Made by a program: the position numbers and the translations under genes. Source: Octopus sinensis (lineage: Eukaryota). Taken from it: a stretch of 64,000 nt of DNA. The stretch lies in NCBI RefSeq assembly GCF_006345805.1, contig NC_043023.1, forward strand, positions 2,418,001 to 2,482,000, written 5' to 3'. Shown here one piece after another: positions 50,328 to 63,662 of the stretch. The notes beneath the pieces were generated by a model, which was given only the letters and a program-made list of their open reading frames with translations, was not told the origin of the DNA and made no database searches. The first letter of the stretch is position 1. Every line of letters starts with the position of its first letter.

Positions 50328-50827
50328 GAACATGGTTGAGCCCATAAAATAGGATTTCACTACACCTCCATTTAGAGAACAGTTTAAGCTATATTTTCGT
50401 GGAAGAAGATTTATGTTCCTATAACCTGTGTTAAATTTGTAACCCTTTAAAATGGAAGATAAGAAAGTTCATTTTTGGCACTTGATGCTTTGGGAACCAG
50501 ACAAAAATTGCTGCAGCTTGGCTGGGATGTGTTACCCCACCCTCCATATTCACCAGATATTGCTCCTTTGTATTTCCACTTATTCAGGTCTCTGCAGAAT
50601 AGTCCTAATGGTAAAAATTTCAATTCCTTGGATGACGTAAAAAGATACCTTTTTGCCATGAAACCACCTCAATTCTGGGAAGAGGGTATTTTCAAGTTAA
50701 AGGAAAGATGGAAACGCATTATGCAACAAAATGGTTCATATTTGGTTGATTAAAAATTTAATGGCAAGTATTTATTGGCCTTTTCTTTCCTTTAAAAATT
50801 GGCACAAACTTTCCAGACAACCCAATA
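50328..50827 (+). mobile_element. Internally deleted mariner (mellifera-like), copy retaining the 3' TIR
   Basis: MEDKKVHFWHLMLWE is fused directly to TRQKLLQLGWDVLPHPPYSPDIAP...GIFKLKERW...QNGSYLVD*; ends CCAGACAACCCAATA. Confidence 0.9.
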
Positions 50828-51564
50828 CATTAAGGGTATGCATGTTTAGGGAATACTCATCCACATGCATGTTACTTTTCTTGAGCAGACTGTCCATCAA
50901 TCAGATCAACCGGCACCCTTGTCATTGCAACCAGCAGATTATTTAGTTTATTTATAAAAGGAAGGTTGATGGAGAAAGTGTTGAACATTGATAACAACTC
51001 ACAGCTTATGAAATGGTGTGTGTATGTATGTATAAAATGGTTTCTTTCAGTTTCCATCTAGCAAATCCACTCACGAGGCTTTGGTCAACCCAAGGCTATT
51101 GTATTAGACACTTACCCAAAATGCCACACACTGGAACTGAACCTGGAACCACGTGGTTGAGAAGCAAGCTTCTTACCACACAGTCATGCCTGATGGGCTT
51201 CTTTCAGTTTCCATCTACTAAATACACTCACAATGCTTTGGTTAGCCTGAGGCTATAGTAGAAGACACTTGCCCAATATGTCACATTGTGGGACTGAACC
51301 CAGACTCCTATGGTTAGCAAGCAAGCTTCTTACCACGCAGCCATGCCTGTGAATTTATGGGTTGAGACTCAAATTATTGCTGTCATTGTTAAATATAAAT
51401 ACATATAATGGTAGAAGATTGTGGAGAAAGTTTTAAAATGTCTCATTGATAAGATCATCATTAAAACGACTTTGTATTTGGTTTGCAAAATTCTTTATCT
51501 GAATTTGCGTGTTGTAACAAATTTTATTGTCTTGGGAGTGTCATTATGCCAATATTGATAAAAG

Positions 51565-52330
51565 GCGGCAAGCTGGCAGAATCGTTAGCATGCCGGATGA
51601 AATGCTTATCAGTATTTCGTCTGCCGCTACGATCTAAGTTCAAATCCCGCCGAGGTCGACTTTGCGTTTCACCCTTTTGGGGTCAATTAAATAAGTACCA
51701 GTTACGCACTGGGGTCGATATAATCAACTTAATCTGTTTGTCTGTCCTTGTTTGTCCTATCTATGTTTAGCCCCTTGTGTGTAGTAAAGAAATGGGTATT
51801 TTGTCTGTCTTTATGTTCTGAGTTCAAATTCCACCGAGGTCGACTTTGCGTTTCACCCTTTTGGGGTCAATTAAATAAGTACCAGTTACGCACTGGGGTC
51901 GATATAATCAACTTAATCCGTTTGTCTGTCCTTGTTTGTCCTATCTATGTTTAGCCCCTTGTGTGTAGTAAAGAAATGGGTATTTTGTCTGTCTTTATGT
52001 TCTGAGTTCAAATTCCACCGAGGTCGACTTTGCGTTTCACCCTTTTGGGGTCAATTAAATAAGTACCGATTATGCACTGGGGTCGATATAATCGACTTAA
52101 TCCGTCTGTCTGTCCTTATTTGTCTCCTCTGTGTTTAGCCCCTTGTGGGTAGTAAAGAAATAGGTATTTCGCTCGTTGCTACATTCTGAGTTGAAATTCC
52201 GCCAAGGTCGACTTTGCCTTTCATCCTTTCGGGGTCGATAAATTAAGTACCAGTTGCATATTGGGGTCAATCTAATCGACTGGCCCCTCCCCTAAAATTT
52301 CAGGCCTTGTGCTTAGAGTAGAAAAGATTA
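51565..52330 (+). mobile_element. SINE C with an internal 184-bp tandem amplification
   Basis: Repeated ORFs at 51748 and 51932 give a 184-bp period. Confidence 0.88.
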
Positions 52331-52334
52331 ATAA

Positions 52335-52585
52335 TGCACACACTGGTTCAATTCCTCTTCTTTATTGTTAATTAGTTAATTAAATATCTCACCAACTAAC
52401 TAATCAATTGTTTGTTAAATGTGCTGGTTAAACAATTAGTCGGTTGTTTGTTAATCAATGTTCTTTTGCTGCTGTTCATGACCTTTTCAGTGACTTAAGC
52501 GCATTAAACAAACATCAAATTAGTTAGTTAGGTGAGATATTTAATCAGCTGACTAACAATAAAGAAGTGAAATTGAACCTGTGCA
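52335..52585. mobile_element. ~250-bp MITE with ~85-bp imperfect TIRs
   Basis: CACTGGTTCAATTCCTCTTCTTTATTGTT...ATATCTCACC pairs with GGTGAGATAT...AACAATAAAGAAGTGAAATTGAACCTGTG. Confidence 0.75.
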
Positions 52586-52995
52586 TGTGTTGTTAGTATT
52601 GGTGTAATAATCCTCCCAAGACACATCATTATTACAAGTTTTATAGCGAGGTGAGCTGGCAGAATCATTAGCACACTGGACAAAATGATTGGCAGCATTT
52701 TGTTCTGAGTTCAAATTCCATCAAGGTCAACTTGGCCTTTCACCCTTATAGGTGCAGGAGTGGCTGTGTGGTAAGTAGCTTGCTTACCAACCACATGGTT
52801 CCTGGTTCAGTCCCACTGCATGGCACCTTGGGCAAGTGTCTTCTACTATAGCCTCGGGCTGACCAAAGCCTTGTGAGTGGATTTGGTAGACGGAAACTGA
52901 AAGAAGCCCATTTCCTGAGCGTCCAATAATATATTTGTTCCACATCCTCGTGTTGTTGTGTTTTTTTGTGCTTTCTTGTTTGGATTAATTTTATG

Positions 52996-53036
<41 letters not shown>

Positions 53037-53480
53037 TTGTCCCCCCAACATCGCTTGACAACTGATGCTGGTGTGTTTAGATCCCCGTAACTTAGCAGTT
53101 TGGCAAAAGAGAATGATAGAATAAGTACTAGGCTTCCAAAGAATAAGTCCTGGGGTCGATTTGCTCGACTAAAAAGGCGGTGCTCCAGCATGGCCACAGT
53201 AAAATGACTGAAACAAGTAAAAGAGTAAAAGAGCTAATGAAATATTGGTATTAGAATATACAAAGTAGAAAATAGAAGATGGTAAAGTATAGAAGATGGC
53301 AGAGAGAAAAGAAACAGGAAGAAAAAGATAAAAAAAGAATGAAAAAGTTTTGAAAATTTATGATGGAAAAGAAGAGAGAGATTAGAGAAAAATAAAGAGA
53401 GATGTTAATTAAGAGAGAAGAATATAGAAGACAGGAGAAAACAGACAATAGAAGCAAAAGATAACCAGAAGAGAAAGTAT

Positions 53481-54033
53481 TTAACCCTTTATACACCAAC
53501 TCTGGCTCTGTAGTACAAATGTCTTGTTTTCATAAGTTTTGAATTAAAATCTTACACCAAACCTTAGTCACAATTTATGTTCCTAACACTGACTTAATGA
53601 TAACTGAGTTATTTTACTAAATTCTTTGTTATATTTAACCCTTTTGATACCAACCTGGCTAAAACCGGCTCTGGCTCTGTAGTACAAATGTCTTGTTTTC
53701 ATAAGTTTTGAATTAAAATCTTCCACCAAGCCTTAGTCACAATTTATGTTCCTAACACTGACTTAATGATAACTGAGTTATTTTACTAAATTCTTTGTTA
53801 TATTTAACCCTTTTGATACCAACCTGGCTGAAACCGGCTCTGGCTCTGTAGTACAAATGTCTTGTTTTCATAAGTTTTGAATTAAAATCTTCCACCAAGC
53901 CTTAGTCACAATTTATGTTCCTAACACTGACTTAATGATAACTGAGTTATTTTACTAAATTCTTTGTGATATTTAAGATTAATTGAAAGAAACACAGAGC
54001 ATCTCAACAGAAATACAGTAATGAAAGGGTTAA
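53481..54033 (+). mobile_element. Second piggyBac-like MITE with a 3x~169-bp array
   Basis: Same unit and same GAAAGGGTTAA terminus as 37576-39233. Confidence 0.8.
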
Positions 54034-57000
54034 GCTGGAAGGTTGTAGTGAGGTAAACGTAACTGAAGAAAACTGAAAGATGATGACCGAGATAAATGAA
54101 CAGAATAGTAAAACAGAAAATGGAGAAGATATAATAATGTTTGGAGTGAGAAGAAGATGGAGAAGAGAGCATGGAGGGAGTCAAAGAAGACAAGAGAAAG
54201 CAGACGATAGAAGCAGAAGGTAAATGGAAGAGAAACAGAAGGTAAAATAGAAGAGAGGATATTTAAGATGGAGGATTAAAGTAAGATGAACAAAACTGAA
54301 AGAAAATAATAGATAATGACTGACACAAGTGAACAGAATTGTAAACTGTAGAAAATAAAGATGTAATGTCAGGAATGAGAAGAAGACGGAATGTAGGGAG
54401 GCGAAGAAGACAGGAGAAAGCAGACAACAGACAGAGAAAGTAATGGAAGACAAAATATTAAAGATTAATGGAAGTCAGACAATAGAAGACAATTTCACAT
54501 GTTATTGCGAATTTAATTGTTTGAAACTCAACTAGAGGCTTTTGTTGGTAAATATATGTGTGTATAAATTGGAAGGGGTTTGAGTTAAAATTGTACAAAT
54601 ATTTCCCTTGATGGTATCGTCCTTAAAACTTAACGTAGCTAATAAAATAGCCATTGTAAAAGATTCATGTTGAAACATATAGGTGCAGGAGTGGCTGTGT
54701 GGTAAGTAGCTTGCTTATCAACCACATGGTTCCGGGTTCAGTCCTACTGCGTGGCACCTTGGGCAAGTGTTTTCTACTATAGCCTCGGGCCGACCAAAGC
54801 CTTGTGAGTGGATTTGGTAGACGGAAACTGAAAGAAGCCTGTCGCATATATGTATATATAAATATATGTCTGTTTATGTGTGTGTGTGTGTTTGTCCCCA
54901 CTCCTAACATTGCTTGACAACCGATGCTGGTGTGTTTACGTCCCCGTAACTTAGCGGTTCGGAATAAGTCCCAGAGTCGATTTGCTCGACTATAGGCGGT
55001 GCTCCAGCATGGCCACAGTCAAATGACTGAAACGAGTAAAAGAGTAAACATAGTGGATAAGAGATTCTTAAACATAGACGATGGCAGGAATGGATAAAAA
55101 TGTATACTAAAGAGAAGAGAGACGATAGAAATAAAGATGAAAGACAACAAATTGGGAAATGATAGAAACTTAAGAGAGAATACAGAAGATAAGCAACAGA
55201 TGACTGTGTTGGGGTTTGTTGTTGTTCCTGTGAAATGATGTTGATGGAAAACGAACAGGCGCAGGAGTGGCCATGTGGTAAGTAGCTTGCTTACCAACCA
55301 CATGGTTCCGGGTTCAGTCCCACTGCGTGGCATCTTGGGCAAGTGTCTTCTGCTATAGCACCGGGCAGACCAATGCCTTGTGAGTGGATTTGGTAGACGG
55401 AAACTGAAAGAAGCCTGTCATATATATGTATATATATATATGTGTATCTTTGTGTGTTTGTGTGTCTGTGTTTGTCCCCCTAGCATTGCTTGAGAACCGA
55501 TGCTGGTGTGTTTACGTCCCCATCGCTTAGCGGTTCGGCAAAAGAGACCGATAGAATAAGTACTGGGCTTACAAAAGAATAAGTCCCAGGGTCGAGTTGC
55601 TCGATTAATAAGGTGGTGCTCCAGCATGGCTGCAGTCAAATGACTGAAACAAGTAAAAGAGTATGTCTTTCTAGGGTTGCATGTAAAATGATTAACAATG
55701 ATCATGAGCAATTAATAGAAGCTTTATTTTAATGTGTACTCTCTCTTTACTCTTTTACTTGTTTCAGTCATTTGACTACGGCCATGCTGGAGCACCGCCT
55801 TTTAGTCAAGCAAATCGACCCCGGGACTAATTCTTTGTAAGCCTAGTACTTATTCTATCGGTCTATTTTGCTGAACCGCTAAGTTACGGGGATATAAACA
55901 CACCAGCATCGGTTGTCAAGCGAATGTTGGGGGAACAAACACAGACACACATATATACACATATACATATATATAGACTCCCAAGACATAAGATTCAGAT
56001 AAAGAATCTTGCAAACCAAATACAAAAACGTTTTAATTATCAGGGAGACATTTTAAAAACTTTCTCCACAATCTTCTACCATTATATGTATTTATATTTA
56101 ACTATGACAGCAATAATTTGAGTCTCAACCCATATATGCGATGGGCTTCTTACAGTTTCCGTCTACCAAATCCACTCACAAGGCTTTAGTTGGCCCGAGA
56201 CTATAGTAGAAGACACTTGCCCAAGGTGCCATGCAGTGGGACTGAACCTGGAACCATGTGGTTGGTAAGCAAGCTACTTACCACGCAGCCACTCCTGCGC
56301 CTATATGTATTGTAGTTGTTACAAAACTTGGTGGCAATTTATATTCAACATTTATAGCCAGATTTTTTTCTAACAAAGCTTCATGAAATACAAACAGCGT
56401 CAAATTTGTATGAACATCATATTTTACAGAAGCTGAAGGTCTCCACAGTCAATTAATGATTAAATTGGTTTGGACATTGCTGCAAAAACATTTGGCTGCA
56501 TTGATTCTTCATCAATGAAGAATCAATGCATGTTGTATGTATGTATGTTTATAGAGCTGTGAATCAATGCATGTTGTATGTATGTATGTTTATAGAGCTG
56601 TGAAAACAGCTATTAAGAAAATCACACTGGTTGGAGTATGGAGCTGTGAAAACAGCAATGAGAGCAGAATTTGTTGAGGATCATAACTATGTTCCTTCTC
56701 GAGCCATGCCTGGCTCATAAGGGCTGGTTTCCCGGTTTCCTTGGTATATAGGTTCCCCACCTGGATGGGACGCCAGTCCGTTGCAGGTGAGCTGCAAGAT
56801 GCAGGAGGAAAGAGTGAGAGAAAGTTGTGGTGAAAGAGTCAGCAGAAGTTCACCATAACCTTCTGCCGGAGCTGGGTGGAACTTAAGTGTTTCACTTATA
56901 AACACACACACCACTCGGTCTGCTGTTCGAACCCGTGATATCTCGACCACGAATCTGCTGCTCTAACCACTAGGCCATGTGCCTCCATCATAACAATGTC

Positions 57001-58358
57001 TGAATTCTCTGCTTTTTACATTTAAAATGGCTATTTTCAAAGGCATCGCTGAAAGAACTTCCTAGAACTTATTGTGTGAACTTGTCGTAGCTCTAATTGG
57101 CTGAAATTGAGGTCGGAACCCATGGTAAACTCAGATTTATATGAAATCAGAAATGAAAATGAAATCAACTGCTATGACTGCATCTAGTCTCTTTTTTTTT
57201 TTGTTGGTCTTAGGATGAAAAATAAAAGTGAAAGTTGCACATCAGGAGATGCAACAAACTAGCTGCTACTTATCAATCTGTGACTGACCATCACAACTGG
57301 AAAAATAATTGCAGGAGTGGCTGTGTGGTAAGTAGCTTGCTTACCAAAAACATGGTTCCGGGTTCAGTCCCACTGCGTGGCACCTTGGGCAAGTGTCTTC
57401 TACTATAGCCTCGAGCCGACCAAAGCCTTGTGAGTGGATTTGGTAGACCGTTGTATGTATGTATATGTATATATATGTATGTGTATATGTTTGCTCATAT
57501 ATTTCTATATATATATATACATCCATTAAAGCTGATGTTGCCAATTGGTTTTGCTCTAGGGGTTTACTGGAGTGTTAGATAACACCTGATTATGTAATCC
57601 TGTGCTCTTCAGAGATGGCAATTATGGAATGGAATATGGTGAATGATTGATAAGAACGGTTGTAATGGATATATGATACTGTATACTTCGATTGCTATCC
57701 CCAATCTAATAACAGGTATATGAGTGCATATCTTTTCTGGCTTATGGATTCTTAGTTGGTTGTGTGTGTGTGTGTTTGTCCCCTATCACCACTTGACAGT
57801 TGGTGTTGGTGTGTTTACATCCTGACAACTTAGCAATTCAGCAAACGTGACTGATAGAATAAGTGTCAGTCTTTGAAAATTGGTATTGGTGTCAATTCAT
57901 TCAACTAAAAAATTCTTCAAGGTGGTGCCCCAGCATGGCCACAGCTTCACAACTGAAACAAGTAAGATTAAAAAAAAAAGATATCAGGATAGATGAAGGA
58001 GAAGGCATTAATATATTCCATTTATGACATCGTTATTAAAACTTAGGTCGTTAATAAAAATGGTGATTTTTATATAAGATTAGAAATGATTTAGATGCGA
58101 TACGTGTTTCTTAGAAATAGAAGAATGAGATACAGAAAAGAAAATTGTAGGAGATTGAAGAGCAGAGACTAAAGATAGATGAAAGAAACAACGATGGGAG
58201 ACAGCAGAGATTGAAACTGCAGATGGAAGATAAGATAGAATGCAGGAAGCAGACGATAAATGAGAGAGGTTTGCGGATGACAGAAGGAGAAATAGGAGAC
58301 AGAAATCAGGTTTAGACAATGGAAAACTTGTCCTAACTCAACTAAATTCTTTCGTTTA

Positions 58359-59085
58359 TCTATATATATAAAAGTGAGGTTGTGTGGTGTCTGTCTCCTA
58401 CGATTTAGATTCCTAACTACTCCCACATTCTGCGGTGCAGTTTAACCAAAACCGGGTATCTTATAGTCGTGATTCATATCAATCCCTTCTGGGTATTAGC
58501 ATGAGTCTACGATTTAAAAAATTTTACCATCATTTTTTTCCATTTTAATGCATTTTTTCGCTATTATATAAGGGAAGTAACTCTCTAAAAATGTCTACGA
58601 TGAGTCAACGATTAAAAAAAAATTTTCCATAATTTTTTTCCATTTTTAATGCATTTTTTGGCTATTTTTTAGCTATAACTCTCTAAAAATGCTTATATAG
58701 TTATTTCCCTTACAAACCCGAGCAACGCCGGGCGATACTGCTAGTCTTTATATAAAAGTGAAGTTGTGTGTCTGTCTCCTACGATTTAGATTCCTAACTA
58801 CTCCCACGTTTTGCGATGCAGTTTAACCAAAACCGGGTATCTTATAGTCGTGATTCATATCGAGCCCTTCTGGGTATTAGCACGTGTCTGCGATGAGTCT
58901 ACGATTTAAAAAAAAATTTACCATAATTTTTTTCCATTTTAATGCATTTTTTCGCTATTATATAAGGGAAGTAACTCTCTAAAAATATCTACAATGAGTC
59001 AACAATTTAAAAAAAATTTACAATAATTTTTTTCCATTTTTAATGCATTTTTTTTCTATTTTTTGGCTATAACTCTCAAAAAATG
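58359..59085 (+). mobile_element. Head-to-tail pair of non-autonomous Helitrons (second copy 3'-truncated)
   Basis: A|TC at 58359; hairpin and CTAG ending at 58744; the next copy starts with TC at 58745. Confidence 0.85.
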
Positions 59086-59486
59086 CAGGTGAGGTCAGTT
59101 TTGGAAAGGTTTTTACAGCTGGATGCCCTTCCAAATGCCAACCACATCGCAGTGTGAACTGGATGCTTTTTATGTGGCACCAGCACAGGTGAGGTCAGTT
59201 TTGGAAAGGTTTTTACAGCTGGATGCCCTTCCAAATGCCAACCACATCGCAGTGTGAACTGGATGCTTTTTATGTGGCACCAGCACAGGTGAGGTCAGTT
59301 TTGGAAAGGTTTTTACAGCTGGATGCCCTTCCAAATGCCAACCACATCGCAGTGTGAACTGGATGCTTTTTATGTGGCACCAGCACAGGTGAGGTCAGTT
59401 TTGGAAAGGATTTTACAGCTGGATGCCCTTCCAAATGCCAACCACTTTACAATGTGAACTGGATACTTTTTATGTGGCACCAGCAC
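59086..59486. repeat. 4x100-bp tandem array derived from a family D-like segment
   Basis: CAGGTGAGGTC anchors at 59086, 59186, 59286 and 59386; unit contains ACAGCTGGATGCCCTTCC. Confidence 0.93.
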
Positions 59487-60054
59487 TGGAGGGGTCACCA
59501 GGTAACTTGCAAAACAAGGAATTTTGAGAGGGGAGGAAGCATTGGAGGAGGTGATCTTATGTCATAAAATGAAAGGTTAGAGCATGAAAGAGATATAGAG
59601 AGGCTGAAAGAGGTGTCCTGCTATAGAATAGGGGCCATTGGAGGAGAATATAAAGATGTAAGTATGTATATCAGAAGAAAGCTCAGAAGACAGGATGCAG
59701 AGAAAAATGGCAAGATAGAAGATGATTTAAGTGTGTTTGATTTTTGAGGCTCTGATCATCATTATCATCATTATCATCGTTTAACGTCTGCTTTCCATGC
59801 TGGCATGGGTTTGATGATTTGACTGAGGGCTGGCGAACCAGATGGCTGCACCAGGCTCCAATCTTGATCTGGCAGAGTTTCTACAGCTGGATGCCCTTCC
59901 TAATGCCAACCACTCCGAGAGTGTAGTGGGTACTATTTACGTGCCACCGGCACAGGGGTCAGTCAGGTGGTACTGGCAACGACCTCGCTCGAATCTTTTT
60001 ACACATGTCACCAGCACAGGTGCCAGTAAGGTGACGTTGGTAATGATCACGCAG

Positions 60055-60437
60055 TGGAGGCGCAATGGCCCAGTGGTTAGGGCAGCGGACTCGCGGTCGT
60101 AGGATCGCGGTTTCGATTCCCACACCGGGCGTTGTGAGTGTTTATTGAGTGAAAACACCTAAAAGCTCCACGAGGCTCCGGCAGGGGATGGTGGTGATCC
60201 CTGCTGTACTCTTTCACCACATCTTTCTCTCACTCTTACGTCCTGTGTCTGTTGTACCTGTATTTCAAAGGGCCGGCCTTGTCACTCTCTGTGTCACGCT
60301 GAATATCCCCGAGAACTACGTTAAGGGTACACGTGTCTGCGGAGTGCTCAGCCACTTACATGTTAATTTCACGAGCAGGCTGTTCCGTTGATCGGATCAA
60401 CCGGAACCCTCGTCGTTGTAACTGACGGAGTGCTTCC
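60055..60437 (+). mobile_element. SINE family E inserted in a family D element
   Basis: TSD TAATGATCA on both sides. Confidence 0.9.
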
Positions 60438-62714
60438 ATAATGATCATGCTCGAATGGTACCCTTTTACGTGCCACTGGCACAGAAGCCAGTTGGCTGCT
60501 CTTGCAAACCTGTTGGCTGATCATCATCATCATCATCATCGTTTAACGTCCGTTTTCCATGCTAGCATGGGTTGGACGGTTCGACCGGGGTCTGGGAAGC
60601 CAGGGGCTGCCCCAGGCTCCAGTCTGATCTGGCAGAGTTTCTACAGCTGGATGCCCTTCCTAACGCCAACCACTCCGCAAGTGTAGTGGGTGCTTTTTAC
60701 GTGCCACCTGCACAGGCGCCAGGAGGGCCGGCATCGACCACGATCGGTTGGAGATTTTAACGTGCCACCGGCACGGAAGCTAGCCAAGGCGGCGCTGGCA
60801 ACGGCCACGTTCGGATGGTGCTTTTTCTGTGCCACCGGCACAGAAGCCAGTCGGGGCGGCGCTGGCGAAGCTATAAATTATTATTGAGTCACTCAACTAT
60901 GAGTCCACAGCAGTTTATAGCAGAAACAGCTGGCCAAAGGTGTCACAACATTAGGATTGAACCCGCAAACATGAGACTGCAGAAACGTGCTTCTTAACCA
61001 CACAGCCAAGCAATGCCTACATTTGTGAACAAGAGAGAAAAAGAAGAAAGAAAAACAGGAAGGAAGGCAAAACAGAAGACAGAAGATAGCGGCCATCAGA
61101 TATCGAAAATATAATGGAAGGCGAAATATTAAAGATGGGTGACATGACAGAAGTCAGACAATGGAAGACAATTTCACATGTTATTGAGAAGTTAATGGTT
61201 TCAAACTCAACTAGGATCTTTCGGTGATAAATATATGTGTATATAAATTGAACGGGGAGTTGTGTACGAAGCATAAACCATACCTCCATGATAGCATTCC
61301 TATTAAGGCTTACAATGCTAATAAATGGTCAGCTTGCATTAAAGACTGGCTTTATTTCCCCTGCTGGTCAGTCCGTGGAACGTTATTGCATTTTCTGATT
61401 CCATGCGGCGAGGGAATCTCTCCTCACTCTGTGCCATTCACCGAAATTGCTAAAGTGAATCATTTGTCTTCGTGATCTGTTTACATTCTGTCTTATCATT
61501 CTGACATTTCTTCTCCTTCTTCCAATCCAAATTCTTCTTCTTCTTCTTCTTCTTCTTTTCGCCCCACATCCATCTTCATATTCCTTCCAGTTCTTCTTCT
61601 TCGTCTTCTTCTTCTTCTTCTTCTAATTCTTCTTTTTCTTTTCCTTCTTCCAATTCTTCTTCTTCTTCTTCTTCTTCCAATTCCTCTTCTTCTTCTTCCA
61701 CTTCTTCTTCTTCCAATTCTTCTTCTTCTTCCAATTCTTCTTCTTCTTCCACTTCTTCTTCTTCCAATTCTTCTTCTTCTTCCACTTCTTCTTCTTCTTC
61801 TTCTTCTCTTCTTCTTCTTCTTCCACTTCTTCTTCTTCTTAGATTCTTTTTCTTCTTTTCCTTCTTCCAGTTCTTCTTTCACTTCTCATCTTTATTTTTA
61901 TTTTTCTTCTTATTCTTTTTCCTCTCCTCCTCATCTCCATTTCTCATCATCATTCTTGTATTTCTTCCCTTCCTCCTCTTTCATTTTCTTTCATTCATCC
62001 ATTCTTCATTCTTTATTTCCTTATTTCCCTCTTTCTCTCTTACATTTATTGTTTCATTCTTTCTCTTGTTCTTTCATTCTTTCCTTCCTGCTTCATTTTT
62101 CCTTTCTTCCTTTCATTTTCCATTCCATCATTTATTTTTTCTTTCTCTTTCTTTCCTTCTTTCTTTCTTCTTACTTTCCTTTCTTTCTTATTGTCTTGTG
62201 GTTTTTCCCCCTCAGCAATTTTCTCCATAGCTTTAATCACTCTCTCCCACCCCAATCTGTCTCTCCTTCATTTCGTTTCCAGACCCTAAACCCTAAAACT
62301 AACCTTAAAACCTTTCAGCTGTCTTGCTCCTCTCCATGCCATGCCATCCCAGACAAATTGCATCAGATCTTCAAGGTCAGACATTCTAACTCAATGACCA
62401 CGACCATGACCACCTCACCCCCACCACTACCACCACCACAACCACCACCACCATCACTACCACCACCACGATCCCCCTCTAACATCAACAACAGCATCAC
62501 CACCTACCCCAAGATGACCACCACTGCTAATGTCAATAGCAAGAGTACTGCTATGGCCCAAAACACCAATACCAATCACCATGCTAATACCACTACCACT
62601 ACTACAACTCCACCACTTAAAACCATGACCATCACCACTACCATCAACACCAACAATAAGAACACCATCATTAATGCCATCAATACCATTACGTCACACA
62701 CACATGCATACACA

Positions 62715-63196
62715 TACACACATATATTTGATGGGTGCCAAGTAAAATCATATTTCTACCTGGCTTTGGGTAGAATTATGATTTTATTTGACATTTTCCC
62801 CTCCCAGATTCACACACAGCAGCCCTTCAGTTTTTTTCTAGGCCCTGTATAAAGAACCAGGATGGTTGAGCCTCTTAGAGCCAGGAATTTATCAGAATCC
62901 TCTCATCATCATCATCATCATCATCGTTTAGCATCCGTTTTCCATGCTAGCATGGGTTGGATGGTTCAACTGGGGTCTGTGAAGCCAGGAGGCTGCACCA
63001 GACTCCAGTCTGACCTGGCAGTGTTTCTACGGCTGGATGCCCTTCCTAACGCCAACCACTCCGTGAGTGTAGTGGGTGCTTTTTACGTGCCACCGACACA
63101 GGTGCCATATATACTATTATTATTATTATTATTATCAGGTGGGCAATCCAGTCATTCTATAGAGGGCTAGTGGATGAAAAATGAGTACATCACACA

Positions 63197-63236
<40 letters not shown>

Positions 63237-63660
63237 TTGGTGGGTGCTGGAAAGTTCCTGGCTTTGGGTAAAATTATGATTTTATTCAACATATTCCCCT
63301 CCCAGATTCACCCACAGCAGCCCTTCAGTTTTTTCTGGGCCCTGTAAAAATAACCAGGATGGTAGGGCCTCCCACCAGGCTTTTTACAATTCCTTTAGAG
63401 CCAGGAATTTATCAGCACCCACTCATATATATTATTATTATTATCAGGTGGGCAATGTAATCATTCTATTGAGGGCTAGTGGATGAAAATGAGTACATCA
63501 CACACACACACACACACACACACAATCACACATATATTTGATGGGTGCTGAAAAGATCCTGGCTTTGGGTAAAATTAGGATTTTATTCGTCATATTCCCC
63601 TCCCAGATTCACACACAGCAGCCCTTCAGTTTTAGAGCCAGGAATTTATTAGCATCCTCT
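62715..63660. mobile_element. Three tandemly arranged mariner-derived MITE copies
   Basis: GGGTGCTGGAAAGTTCCTGGCT and AGCCAGGAATTTATCAGCACCC TIR-like ends; the minus strand ends NLGGEYVE*, a mariner-like C-terminus. Confidence 0.65.
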
Positions 63661-63662
63661 CA

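Noticed and set aside
50475-50753. 92-aa ORF as a SETMAR-like gene or active transposase
   Set aside because: It is the C-terminal stub of an internally deleted mariner lacking the HTH and the first two catalytic Asp residues.
60055-60130. tRNA-like sequence with A and B boxes (also 861, 32700, 40740, 56920)
   Set aside because: No closed acceptor stem, and it continues into a multi-copy SINE body; these are SINE heads, not tRNA genes.
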